64,000 bases of DNA, from positions 139,984-203,983 of the forward strand of contig CALRFT010000001.1 in NCBI GenBank assembly GCA_943356745.1, written 5' to 3'. Made by a program: the position numbers and the translations under genes. This DNA is from Parcubacteria group bacterium (GTDB lineage: Bacteria > Patescibacteriota > Minisyncoccia > Phycocordibacterales > CSBR16-119). Shown piece by piece: positions 9,143-18,634 of this stretch. The notes beneath the pieces are model-generated. The model was not told the origin of the DNA and did no database searches. It saw only the letters and a program-made list of their open reading frames with translations. The stretch's first letter is position 1; every line of letters begins with the position of its first letter.

Positions 9143-10288
9143 GTGAAAAAAAATAATAAAACCTATAAAGCTTGCATGAAATCGCTTACTCACAAAGTAG
9201 CGAATTTTTTATTTATGGATACAAATACAGAATATAAAGCACTCGTTGACGCAATGCCAAAAGGTCTTGAAGTTGACGCGATTGTAGAAGGAACTGTTAT
9301 CGCATTTGGAAAAGCATCAGTATTTATTGATGTTGCGCCATATGGAACAGGAGTTATTTACGGACGAGAATACAACAACGCTCGAGATGTTATCAAAAAT
9401 ATTAATATTGGAGATACAATCAAAGCTAAAATTGTAGATCGAGAAAACGAAAATGGATACATCGAACTTTCTTTGAAAGAAGCACGACAAGCGCTTATCT
9501 GGAAAGAAGCAGATGAAATCATGAACAATAAACAAGTTCTTGAACTTCCAATCAAAGAAGCAAACAAAGGAGGTCTTATTGTTGAATGGCGAGGAATCCA
9601 AGGATTTCTTCCAGCATCACAACTTAAGGCTGAACATTACCCACGAGTTGAAGATTCTGACAAAGATAAAATCTTGAAAGAATTAAAGAAACTTGTTGGA
9701 CAAGTTCTTCCACTTATGATGATTACAGTATCACCAAAAGAAGGAAAGCTTGTATTCTCTGAAAAAGAAGGAAACCAAGAAGAACGAATTGAACAAATTT
9801 CTAAATATGGACTAGGCGATGTTGTAACATGTGAAGTTGCAGGAATCGTAGACTTCGGAGTATTTCTTAAAATTGAAGAAGGAATCGAAGGACTTGTTCA
9901 CATTTCAGAACTTGATTGGGGTCTTGTAGAAAACCCACGAGAAATGTTCAAACTTGGATCAAAGATTCAAGCAAAAATTATTGAAATCAAAGATGGAAAG
10001 ATTTCACTTTCAATCAAAGCTTTGAAAGAAAATCCATGGAAAGAATTTGAAGGTCAACTTAAGAAAGGTGATATCGTGAAAGGAGCAGTGATTAAATTCA
10101 ACCGACACGGTGCACTTGTTTCTATCAAAGAAGGAGTTGCTGGACTTGTTCACAATTCACAATTTGGTGGAGAAGAAAAACTTCGAGAAGCACTTGAACT
10201 TGGAAAGTCTTACAACTTCCAACTCACACTTTTCGATGCATCAACACAAAAGATGACACTCGAATACTTGGATGCTAAAAAGGCATAA
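9143..10288 (+). CDS. rpsA: 30S ribosomal protein S1 (short form, about 4 S1 domains)
   Basis: Repeated S1 OB-fold motifs (GTVIAFGKASVFIDV; GDVVTCEVAGIVDFGVFLKI; GDIVKGAVIKFNRHGALVSI). Likely true start near 9215 (MDTNTEYK). Confidence 0.75.
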   Translation: MKKNNKTYKACMKSLTHKVANFLFMDTNTEYKALVDAMPKGLEVDAIVEGTVIAFGKASVFIDVAPYGTGVIYGREYNNARDVIKNINIGDTIKAKIVDRENENGYIELSLKEARQALIWKEADEIMNNKQVLELPIKEANKGGLIVEWRGIQGFLPASQLKAEHYPRVEDSDKDKILKELKKLVGQVLPLMMITVSPKEGKLVFSEKEGNQEERIEQISKYGLGDVVTCEVAGIVDFGVFLKIEEGIEGLVHISELDWGLVENPREMFKLGSKIQAKIIEIKDGKISLSIKALKENPWKEFEGQLKKGDIVKGAVIKFNRHGALVSIKEGVAGLVHNSQFGGEEKLREALELGKSYNFQLTLFDASTQKMTLEYLDAKKA

Positions 10289-10301
10289 ATAGTAACAAAA
10301 C

Positions 10302-10328
10302 AAAAAAGACCCGCAAGGGTCTTTTTTG
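10302..10328 (+). terminator. Intrinsic terminator after rpsA
   Basis: GACCC-gcaa-GGGTC hairpin followed by TTTTTT. Confidence 0.7.
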
Positions 10329-10649
10329 TTTTGTTAAAATAATCATTCTTTTTCCATTGATGAAAAAGAATCAAAAAATCTAGACACTCGCATTTTCTAC
10401 TAAAAACAAACATTCTTTTCTAAACATTACTAAACACTTCGCTTCTTTTCCGTCTTACGGACGGAAAAGCATAATGTTCTTAACGAAAAGGATGTTTGTT
10501 TTCTTCACGTGAGAATGTGAAAGTGTCAAAAAATCAGAAAACAACTCCTGCGAGCTTTTTTTGACTTCCAACAAATTTACACCTTTTGCCAAAATTAAGA
10601 TTGATTGCGTTATTAAATGATTTGATTTCTGCAATATAAATTATATACC

Positions 10650-11249
10650 TTAAACAAACTTATTTTTACCTCTCTCACGAAATTTCTTAAGAACCACCTG
10701 TTCTTCCGTAGTTAAGATATGATCACCTAACCCTGTTACTCTTAAGTATGTATTGAGCTCGCGAATACGGGCTGTTTGAAGCTCGCGAATACGGGCTGTT
10801 TGAAGCTCGCGAATACGGGCTGTCATATAACCAAAGTCTATTTTACCATTTTTTGTAATTGGTAGAAAAATTTTTTCATGTTGAATTTTTTTCCAGCTTG
10901 CCATGTTACTGTAAGAATAAAACTTCTTTAAAAATTGAAGTTGCGCAATGAAATAAAGACCCTCCTCAACAGAAAGTTCTTTTTCTTTAAAAGATAATGA
11001 AAAAACTCTTGCATGGGTAACCATTTTATATTCATGATTTCTAAAATAAACATATCCAAACATATCAACAGTGATTGTATTAGATTTGAATATTTTTGCT
11101 TTTATATCTGTTTTACCAATAATACCTGTATTAGTTTCTCCAGAACTTACGACAAAAATACCCTTGTTGTTAATATGAGTTTGTTGTATATCAAAATCAC
11201 CATTTTGTGGTTCAAATAATTCTGAGATTTTAAATTCTTTTTCTTTCAT
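10650..11249 (-). CDS. Restriction-modification specificity (HsdS-like) subunit, half-size with a single target-recognition domain
   Basis: TRD-like fold followed by a conserved helical region that contains a TARIRELQ x3 repeat. Lies 1 nt downstream of the MTase gene. Confidence 0.65.
   Translation of the reverse strand: MKEKEFKISELFEPQNGDFDIQQTHINNKGIFVVSSGETNTGIIGKTDIKAKIFKSNTITVDMFGYVYFRNHEYKMVTHARVFSLSFKEKELSVEEGLYFIAQLQFLKKFYSYSNMASWKKIQHEKIFLPITKNGKIDFGYMTARIRELQTARIRELQTARIRELNTYLRVTGLGDHILTTEEQVVLKKFRERGKNKFV
10757..10825 (-). repeat. Perfect 24-bp tandem repeat (about 2.8 copies) inside the specificity-subunit gene
   Basis: GCTCGCGAATACGGGCTGTTTGAA occurs at 10757-10780 and 10781-10804. 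A third copy from 10805 is identical for 19 nt. It encodes ARIRELQT repeats. Confidence 0.9.
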
Positions 11250-11250
11250 A

Positions 11251-13266
11251 CTATTCTCCTTTTAAAACACGAGAAACTTCCCAAGCAAGATAATCACTAA
11301 CTACTTTTTTAAAATCTTCTTCAGTTGGACGAGTGTCTACTATTTTATGTTGTGAAAATGTCCAGTCATTACCGTTGAGTGTGATTACATCCTCTATATA
11401 TTCATCTTTTGTAAGATATTTTAGATAATCTTTACCATATAAAACTAAATCAATTACTTCTTGGTATCTTTCTGTAGCATTATTTGTATTTTTCAAGTTT
11501 ACATCTTGACCAGATTTTTTACGATTTTGACGAGAGTACCCATCGTTAGAAAAATCAATAAATTTAACCTTTTGTTTTTCGTCATGTTTTTTACCTACTT
11601 CAAAAACATATATAGCTGTTTGCACGCCAGCTTTTCCTCGAAAAATATCTGCCATACGAATACTTGCAAGTAAAGTATTTTTCTCAAGAATTTCTTTAGT
11701 GTAGGGTAAACCATTACCACTTCCGGCATTTTCTTGAATCAAAATTACTGCTCGACCATTATTCATTTTACTGAGTCCTTTTTTAACGAAAACAAAACCC
11801 TTTCCATCTGCTGAGTACGGTGGATTAAGTAAAAAAACATTAGCTGGGAAATCTTTATTTTTATTTTCCCCTTGCTGATATTTACCTTCAAAGTTTTTTA
11901 AACTATCATCGTGGATAATGTTTGTTGATCCATCCCCCATTAAGATCATATTGAGAACAGCAAGTAAATAAATATCTGATCGTTTTTCAATTCCAAGTAA
12001 TTGTTTGTTTTTAATTTCTACAATTTTTTGATTTAATCTTTCTGGGCTCTTTATATTTTTAGTAGCGTCATCAATCATTAGTTTCATCGATGAAACAAGA
12101 AACCCAGCCGATCCTGTCGCGTAATCCCAAACATAAGAATCCATATCAACCTTAGCAAGTTTTGCCATTAATATCGTTACATAACGGGGAGTAAGCACCA
12201 CATCATTTTTATCGGAATCAGGAATATTTACCCAAGCATTCAATACATTAAACAATTTACCTGTAAAATCTAAATGGTAAGCTGATGTGAAAATTGGGAG
12301 AATATTTTTTTCAACAAACGAGTAGATAGTTTTTAGCTTACTCTCACCATTAATCGGTGTAGATAACCCAGAGGAAATAAATACTCTTGATAAATCAGTG
12401 ATTATCATTTCTTTCTTCTCTGTTGGCAAATCTCGTTTATCGAGAAAATCTGAAATTTTATTCAAAATAACCTTACCATCATTATTCTCTCTACCGGTTT
12501 CACCTCGTAAATCTGTAATTTCAAGTGGTGCGACTTTGTTTTCAACCCCAAGTCCTGCCATAAGCATACCTGTTAAAAGTTCTACTCTTGACCCAACAGA
12601 AATCTGTAAGTCATCTTGCATTTTTTGATTTAGTGCTTTGAGATTGACCTCAATTTCATTTTCAATTTTTTGACTACGTTGTTCAACTTCTTGTTGTGTA
12701 AGTTCCAGTTTTTGTACTTCAGCAATAAAATTTTCAAAATTATTTTTTGCTAAAAAAGACAAATCAGAATAGTTACCAACTTTTTTTGGTATTCCCATAT
12801 TTTTTGCAGAAACATAATAAATACCTAACTCTGTCTTTATGTCACCAGTCTTATCTTCATATCCATTAAATCCTATAGCAATTACCTCTTTATAAGAATC
12901 AGTAAAATCAATTATTGCCTTTGCATAGTGAACTGCGCCATTAACTGCAAATCCATTTATATTTGCAAAATTTGGTGAACCATCTTTTTTAATATTTTCT
13001 ATTTCACCAAAATCATTTATTTTTTCTAATTTTCCTGAAATACCTTTTACTTCAATCATTACTGGAAATAATTTTTTATCTTTTGTTTCAAGTAGTAATT
13101 TAATATCGGGGTAATTCTTACCATCACCGCCGGTTTTTGATGGAGCTTGAACCATGGCATTTGCAAGCTCACTATTTATATCTTCTGTTTTGATAAAATA
13201 CTTAAGTTCGGAAAACTCGAGTTGGCGCTTGGCAATATTCTCAATTTTTTCTTCAATACTTTTCAT
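11251..13266 (-). CDS. N6-adenine DNA methyltransferase subunit (gamma-class) with an N-terminal PD-(D/E)xK-like domain; BcgI-like Type IIB or Type I HsdM-like
   Basis: MTase motif I (DYATGSAGFL) and motif IV (NPPYS). The N-terminal ~200 aa have YPDIKLL..(x20)..MIEVKG, reminiscent of a PD-ExK nuclease core. The protein is 671 aa and no HsdR is nearby. Confidence 0.65.
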   Translation of the reverse strand: MKSIEEKIENIAKRQLEFSELKYFIKTEDINSELANAMVQAPSKTGGDGKNYPDIKLLLETKDKKLFPVMIEVKGISGKLEKINDFGEIENIKKDGSPNFANINGFAVNGAVHYAKAIIDFTDSYKEVIAIGFNGYEDKTGDIKTELGIYYVSAKNMGIPKKVGNYSDLSFLAKNNFENFIAEVQKLELTQQEVEQRSQKIENEIEVNLKALNQKMQDDLQISVGSRVELLTGMLMAGLGVENKVAPLEITDLRGETGRENNDGKVILNKISDFLDKRDLPTEKKEMIITDLSRVFISSGLSTPINGESKLKTIYSFVEKNILPIFTSAYHLDFTGKLFNVLNAWVNIPDSDKNDVVLTPRYVTILMAKLAKVDMDSYVWDYATGSAGFLVSSMKLMIDDATKNIKSPERLNQKIVEIKNKQLLGIEKRSDIYLLAVLNMILMGDGSTNIIHDDSLKNFEGKYQQGENKNKDFPANVFLLNPPYSADGKGFVFVKKGLSKMNNGRAVILIQENAGSGNGLPYTKEILEKNTLLASIRMADIFRGKAGVQTAIYVFEVGKKHDEKQKVKFIDFSNDGYSRQNRKKSGQDVNLKNTNNATERYQEVIDLVLYGKDYLKYLTKDEYIEDVITLNGNDWTFSQHKIVDTRPTEEDFKKVVSDYLAWEVSRVLKGE

Positions 13267-13527
13267 ATTCTATTTATAAACACACCACGACTAAAGAAAA
13301 TTATTTTTAAAATAATTAATACGTTAATCTTACTACATGAAAATTAAATAATCAATTTTCGACCCTTTCATAAAAAGCGTAAAGAAAAAGCAGGGTATAT
13401 TTCGTAGAGACGAACGCTTGAAGCAAAGCGTTTAGTGAGTCTCCGGAATATATCCTGCTTTTTTAGTTTTTTATGATGGGTCTAGACTTTTTGTTTCTTT
13501 TTGGGTGATGCAAAAAGAAAAATAATT

Positions 13528-14001
13528 CTAAAACTCTTTCACTTCAATATTTTCTGGTAAATCCCTAACACTAATTTTAATAGTTTCTACTGGTTTTACT
13601 TTTTTATAACTCACATATTCTGTAGAATTTATTTTTTCAAAATCTTTTTTCAAAAATACATAAACATACCCTTGAGCAGTTTGTGGTAAATTCTGATATG
13701 TTTCTTTATTTACTCTAAATAAAACATCTCCATCAACAAAAGAAAAACCTGAACGACAACTTTTCTTTAAATTTTCAGAATTAAATATTGCCATAAATAT
13801 TGCAATATCTACTATATGAGAAGTAAAAACAGCAGGTTGACCATCAGGGATTGCATCGTAAGTTCCATCTTCTTTTAATTTATGATTATACGCTTGTCGT
13901 GGTTCAAACTCTTCTTCAATCTTAGAACCTGAACCATGAAAAACATAATCCCCTATTTTTTCCAATTCTAGTAATTTTTGTTTTTGTTGCGAGTATTCCA
14001 T
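13528..14001 (-). CDS. Hypothetical protein
   Basis: Intact 157-aa ORF with a terminator-like long hairpin downstream (13385..13455). Confidence 0.35.
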   Translation of the reverse strand: MEYSQQKQKLLELEKIGDYVFHGSGSKIEEEFEPRQAYNHKLKEDGTYDAIPDGQPAVFTSHIVDIAIFMAIFNSENLKKSCRSGFSFVDGDVLFRVNKETYQNLPQTAQGYVYVFLKKDFEKINSTEYVSYKKVKPVETIKISVRDLPENIEVKEF

Positions 14002-14004
14002 AGA

Positions 14005-14556
14005 TTAATTAAACTCATTCATCGCCTTCTCCACTCCATCTTTTTGAATAGTCTTAATAATTTTCATAACCTTATCCGAAAGAGATTCAATTTCTTTTTT
14101 ATCATCCTGACTAAAAGAAGCCAAAACAAAATCTCTTCGACTTTCTGGAAGAAGCGCATTTCCTTCTTCATTTTTTCTTGCAACTCCAATTCGAATTCGA
14201 GTAAAAGCTGAGGTTCCTAAAGCTTGCTCAATAGATTTAATTCCATTGTGTCCTCCAGAGCCTCGATTAAAAGAAACTCTAATTGACCCAACAGGTAAAT
14301 CAACATCATCGTACACAACCACAACATCTTGTGGTTTTTGATTTTGTTTTGAAAGATACCAAGCAACAGATCTTCCAGATTCATTCATAAATGTTTGTGG
14401 TTTTATAAAAGTCATAGCATAATGCTCGGCTTCAATACTTTCTGCATATTTATTTTCCTTCCATTCCAAAGACCAAGCCTCAGAAACAATCCAAGCAGCG
14501 TTATGTTTTGTATCTTCATATTTTTTTCCTGGGTTTCCAAGGAGTGCAATAATCAT
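14005..14556 (-). CDS. pth: Peptidyl-tRNA hydrolase
   Basis: LLGNPGKKYEDTKHNAAW, MNESGRSV and GGHNGIKSI motifs. Confidence 0.9.
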   Translation of the reverse strand: MIIALLGNPGKKYEDTKHNAAWIVSEAWSLEWKENKYAESIEAEHYAMTFIKPQTFMNESGRSVAWYLSKQNQKPQDVVVVYDDVDLPVGSIRVSFNRGSGGHNGIKSIEQALGTSAFTRIRIGVARKNEEGNALLPESRRDFVLASFSQDDKKEIESLSDKVMKIIKTIQKDGVEKAMNEFN

Positions 14557-14584
14557 ATGTACTAGTATCCCCTATTTTCATGGT

Positions 14585-15223
14585 TTGCGTCAATACTTTA
14601 TTTTGTATTACAATACTGTCATGGAAAACACTCAACAAGAAGAGAAAACTTCAAAAATTTTCAACATTAAAAGAGAGACTTTTGAACTGATCCGATTTAT
14701 TGTTATAGCTGGTCTCATCATTATTCCCTTCCGAATTTTCATCGCTCAACCATTCATCGTAAACGGTGCGTCAATGAACCCAACATTTGAAACTAACCAA
14801 TACCTTATTGTTGACCAACTTACATATCGAACACAAGAACCAATACGCGGAGATGTTATCATCTTTCGATTCCCTCTCAACCCAAAAGACTTTTATATCA
14901 AACGAGTAATTGGACTTCCAACAGAAACTGTAACCATCGAAGGAAGCAAAGTGTATATTCAAAAAGAAGGAGAAGAAAAGATTCAACTCGACGAACCCTA
15001 TATTGAATTTGAAGCAAACAACAACATTAGCGTTACCCTTGGAGAAGATGAATATTTTGTAATGGGCGACAACAGACCAAACAGCTCTGATTCAAGACAC
15101 TGGGGAGTTTTACCAAAAGAGTTTATCGTTGGAAGAGCATACATGCGGCTCCTTCCACTCAGCAAAATAGATTTTCTTCCTGGAGAATATCACCAAACAA
15201 ATCAAGATACTGATTCATTATAA
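14585..15223 (+). CDS. lepB: Signal peptidase I
   Basis: GASMNPTF (Ser box), YIKRVIGLPTE (Lys box) and GDNRPNSSDSRHWG. Probable start at 14621 (MENTQQ). Confidence 0.85.
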   Translation: MRQYFILYYNTVMENTQQEEKTSKIFNIKRETFELIRFIVIAGLIIIPFRIFIAQPFIVNGASMNPTFETNQYLIVDQLTYRTQEPIRGDVIIFRFPLNPKDFYIKRVIGLPTETVTIEGSKVYIQKEGEEKIQLDEPYIEFEANNNISVTLGEDEYFVMGDNRPNSSDSRHWGVLPKEFIVGRAYMRLLPLSKIDFLPGEYHQTNQDTDSL

Positions 15224-15241
15224 TTAGCTTATACAACACTC

Positions 15242-16537
15242 ATGGCACAAAAAGATTCTGGGAGACTCACCCACGCAAATATTCCGATCATACAAGAAAG
15301 TGAATACTACAACATTCAAGGAATGTTTGAAAAAATTCAAGAAATCGTGATGTATTATGGATTTATTCCTGTTCATCTTCCAATGATTGAACATGAAGAA
15401 TTCGTAGCAAAGGCTGCTGGAAAACAACCTGAGAAAATCACAGAAACACTCTATGGTGTCAAACAACCAAAAAGTGGCGACAAGCTTAGTCTTCTTCAAA
15501 CAACAGCACCGGGATTTATTCGAACATATATTGACGAAAACATGATCGCGCTTCCACAGCCGGTTATGATGTACCGTTTTGGTCCACGATACCAAAATCA
15601 AAAAAATGGAACTCATGAATCTTTCACCTTCGACCTTGAAGTTGTGGGATCAGAAAAAAGTATCATGGATGCTCTTTTGATACGACTTGCTGTTTTATCT
15701 ATCGAAGAACTTGGAGGAAAACATATTTTTGTTCACATTAATTCTCTTGGAGACAAAACATGTAGACAGCACTATATCAAAGAACTCTCAAACTACTATC
15801 GAAAACATATTAATTCTCTTGATAAAGATGATAGGCAACTTCTCAAGACAGATCCACTTCTTGTTCTTAATTCAGAAAAAGAAGGAACAAAAGAAGTAAA
15901 CGCAAACGTTCCAGATCCACTTAGTTTTCTGACAACTGAATGTAAGAAACAATTTAAAGAGGTTCTTGAATATCTTGATGAACTTGGAATCTCATATCGA
16001 ATAGACAAAAAGATTACGCATGAACTTGATTCTGATAGTCACACCATGTTTGAAATCCGAGGATACTCAGAAGACGAGGAAGGAAATCATGACGAAGTAA
16101 ACAGTGTTATTCTCGCGCGAGGTGGAAGACATGATAACTTGATTAAAATGCTTGGATCGAAGAAAGACATTCCAGCAGTTGGAGCATCTATCTATGTTCA
16201 ATCAATCATGTCTATGCCTTGGTTCAAACCACACAGCCCACGAAATCTCAAAGAACCGAAAGTATATTTCATTCAACTTGGAACAGAAGCGAAAATGAAA
16301 AGTCTTGCAGTACTTGAACATCTTCGAAAAGCAAAAATTCCTGTTATGAAAGCACTTTCAAAAGACAGTCTTCAAGCACAACTTTCTGTAGCTGAAAAAA
16401 TTGGTGTTCCATACACAATTATTTTTGGTCACAAAGAAGCTCTTGAAGGAACTGTTATCATTCGAGCAATGAAAAACAGATCTCAGAAAACAGTAAAAAT
16501 TGATAAAATGATTGAGGAATTGAAAAAGATTAAATAA
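15242..16537 (+). CDS. Histidyl-tRNA synthetase paralog (HisRS-like, catalytic motifs degenerate)
   Basis: Full-length class-II HisRS architecture including a C-terminal anticodon-binding domain (TTAPGFIRTYIDE; ARGGRHDNL; AVGASIYVQSI). Motif 2 reads YRFGPRYQNQKNGTHESF instead of FRxERPQxGRxRQF. Confidence 0.55.
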   Translation: MAQKDSGRLTHANIPIIQESEYYNIQGMFEKIQEIVMYYGFIPVHLPMIEHEEFVAKAAGKQPEKITETLYGVKQPKSGDKLSLLQTTAPGFIRTYIDENMIALPQPVMMYRFGPRYQNQKNGTHESFTFDLEVVGSEKSIMDALLIRLAVLSIEELGGKHIFVHINSLGDKTCRQHYIKELSNYYRKHINSLDKDDRQLLKTDPLLVLNSEKEGTKEVNANVPDPLSFLTTECKKQFKEVLEYLDELGISYRIDKKITHELDSDSHTMFEIRGYSEDEEGNHDEVNSVILARGGRHDNLIKMLGSKKDIPAVGASIYVQSIMSMPWFKPHSPRNLKEPKVYFIQLGTEAKMKSLAVLEHLRKAKIPVMKALSKDSLQAQLSVAEKIGVPYTIIFGHKEALEGTVIIRAMKNRSQKTVKIDKMIEELKKIK

Positions 16538-16570
16538 AAAAGACCTCGCTTTCGCGGGGTCTTTTTTTAT
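16537..16570 (+). terminator. Intrinsic terminator after HisRS paralog
   Basis: GACCTCGC-tttc-GCGGGGTC hairpin followed by a T7 run. Confidence 0.6.
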
Positions 16571-16584
16571 GGTATAAATTCCGT

Positions 16585-17118
16585 ATGTCAAAAAAGATTA
16601 TTCAGCTTGGCGATGAAAGACTTCGGATTGTATGTGAACCAATCCCAGATCTTGAAATTACAAGCAAAGAAACAAAACAACTCATGAAAGACCTCGACGA
16701 CGCCCTTGCTTCACAAAAAGATGGAGTGGCTATTTCTGCGCCCCAGATCGGAGTAACAAAGCAACTTTTTGTTATCGGTGGAATTGTTTTTGATGCAGAA
16801 TATCAATCAGGAAAAACTAAAATACCAAACCCAGCAATTCCAAACCAATATTATTTCAATCCAGTAATTATTGATAGTTCGAAAGAAATGGTTGATATGG
16901 AAGAAGGATGTCTTTCAATTCGTGGAGTATACGGAAAAGTTACAAGGCCGAAAAAAATAACACTGCAATACGTAAATGAACAAGGTGAACATATTGAAGA
17001 AATAGCGACTGGTTTTTATGCTCGTGTTATTCAACATGAATACGACCACCTTCATGGAGTACTTTTTATTGATAAAGCAGAGGAAACTTGGCAAGATGAA
17101 AGCTATAAACAATACTAA
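16585..17118 (+). CDS. def: Peptide deformylase
   Basis: ISAPQIGV, EEGCLSI and QHEYDHLHG motifs. Confidence 0.9.
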   Translation: MSKKIIQLGDERLRIVCEPIPDLEITSKETKQLMKDLDDALASQKDGVAISAPQIGVTKQLFVIGGIVFDAEYQSGKTKIPNPAIPNQYYFNPVIIDSSKEMVDMEEGCLSIRGVYGKVTRPKKITLQYVNEQGEHIEEIATGFYARVIQHEYDHLHGVLFIDKAEETWQDESYKQY

Positions 17119-17938
17119 TATTATATTTTGGGGAACTCCTGATATTACCCTTACCTATTTAAATGACCTAGAACAAGCTGGATACAACATTTCAGCTGTT
17201 ATTACACTTCCAGATAGACCAATCGGCAGGAAGCAGATTTACACCGCTCCAGCACCTAAACTTTGGGCCAAGGAGAGAAATATTGTAGTCCTGCAACCAG
17301 AAAAACTTGATGGGAATTTTGAAGAAACACTCAAATCTTTCAACGCAGATATTTCAATCGTGGTTGCCTATGGAAAAATTATCCCAGAAAAAATTATTAA
17401 CATTCCCAAAAAAGGAACACTCAATGTTCACTATTCCCTTCTTCCAAAATGGCGAGGAGCAACTCCTGTTGAATCTGCAATTTTACACGGCGACATAGAA
17501 ACAGGTGTGTCTATTCAAAATATGGTATTCAAGCTTGACGCTGGAGATATTTTTGCTGAGGAAACGATAACACTTACCGGCATGGAATACAGAGAAGATT
17601 TGCGAGAAAATTTAAGTGTTATTGGTTCAAAACTTTTAATACAAACATTACCTGGAATATTAGATGGCAGCATAGTTCCCAAAAAACAAAATGAAGATTT
17701 TGTTACTCGAGCAAAAATTCTTACAAAAGAAGATGGCCAAATAAATCTTTCAGATGATCCAAAAATTTTGTGGCAAAAATGGAGAGCATATTTCCCTTGG
17801 CCAGGGCTTTTCTTTTTTGATGAAAATGGAAAAAGAATTAAAATCACCCAAGCTCGTTTTGAAAACAACAAATTTATTATAGAAAAAGTTATTCCAGAAG
17901 GAAAAAAAGAAATAACTTGGGAACAATTTAAAAAATAA
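17097..17938 (+). CDS. fmt: Methionyl-tRNA formyltransferase
   Basis: N-terminal IIFWGTPD and formyltransferase core (HYSLLPKWRGATP). Overlaps the def 3' end by 22 nt. Start chosen at MKAINN. Confidence 0.8.
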
Positions 17939-17967
17939 AAAATCCCCTTTAGGGGATTTTTTATTTT
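17936..17967. terminator. Bidirectional terminator between fmt and cyclophilin genes
   Basis: AAAAAATCCCCTTT-AGGGGATTTTTT. Confidence 0.7.
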
Positions 17968-18629
17968 ATTTCAATAGATTGAATCACAACATCTTGAACC
18001 GGTCGATCCACGCCAGGAATTGTATCCACGAGAGAAATTGTTTCTACAACATCATATCCTGAGATAACTTTTCCAAAGACAGTATGTCTTGTATCAAGAT
18101 AACTATTATCTGCAACGTTTATGAAAAATTGTGATCCGTTTGTATTTGGACCAGCATTTGCCATTGAGATTGTTCCTGCAATATTTTTGTTTTCAGCATG
18201 AATCTCATCTGCAAATTGATACCCAGGACCTCCTGTACCCCAACGAGCCATTTGTGCTGTATCTTTTGAAAGTGGATCGCCGCCTTGAATCATAAATCCT
18301 TCGATAACTCGATGGAATCGTGTTCCGTCATAAAAACCATTTTGTGCGAGAGTGATAAAGTTTTCTACTGTTTTTGGTGCTTTATCTTTCCAAAGTTCAA
18401 TTTCAATATTTCCCTGTGAGGTAATCATTGTTACCGTAATTGTTTCTTGCTCCATAGTATTTGTTTCTTCTGTTATTTGATTATTTTCTAAACTCGACAC
18501 AACATTTGCCGAAACATCTTCTTGTACTGACATTTCTTCAGTTGCTGTATCTTTTCTTGTACTCACTATAATTACCATAATAACTATAAATAAAGCAAGA
18601 ATTTGAAATATTGTTTTTCCTTTTGACAT
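17961..18629 (-). CDS. Peptidyl-prolyl cis-trans isomerase, cyclophilin type, membrane-anchored
   Basis: GFYDGTRFHRVIEGFMIQGGDP, GTISMANAGPNTNGSQFFI and HTVFGKV. N-terminal TM helix. Confidence 0.85.
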   Translation of the reverse strand: MSKGKTIFQILALFIVIMVIIVSTRKDTATEEMSVQEDVSANVVSSLENNQITEETNTMEQETITVTMITSQGNIEIELWKDKAPKTVENFITLAQNGFYDGTRFHRVIEGFMIQGGDPLSKDTAQMARWGTGGPGYQFADEIHAENKNIAGTISMANAGPNTNGSQFFINVADNSYLDTRHTVFGKVISGYDVVETISLVDTIPGVDRPVQDVVIQSIEIK

Positions 18630-18634
18630 GATTT

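Noticed and set aside
10757-10825. Tandem repeat region considered as a possible CRISPR array
   Set aside because: Only about 3 copies of a 24-bp unit, directly adjacent without spacers, lying in-frame inside the specificity-subunit gene. It is an intragenic coding tandem repeat, not CRISPR.
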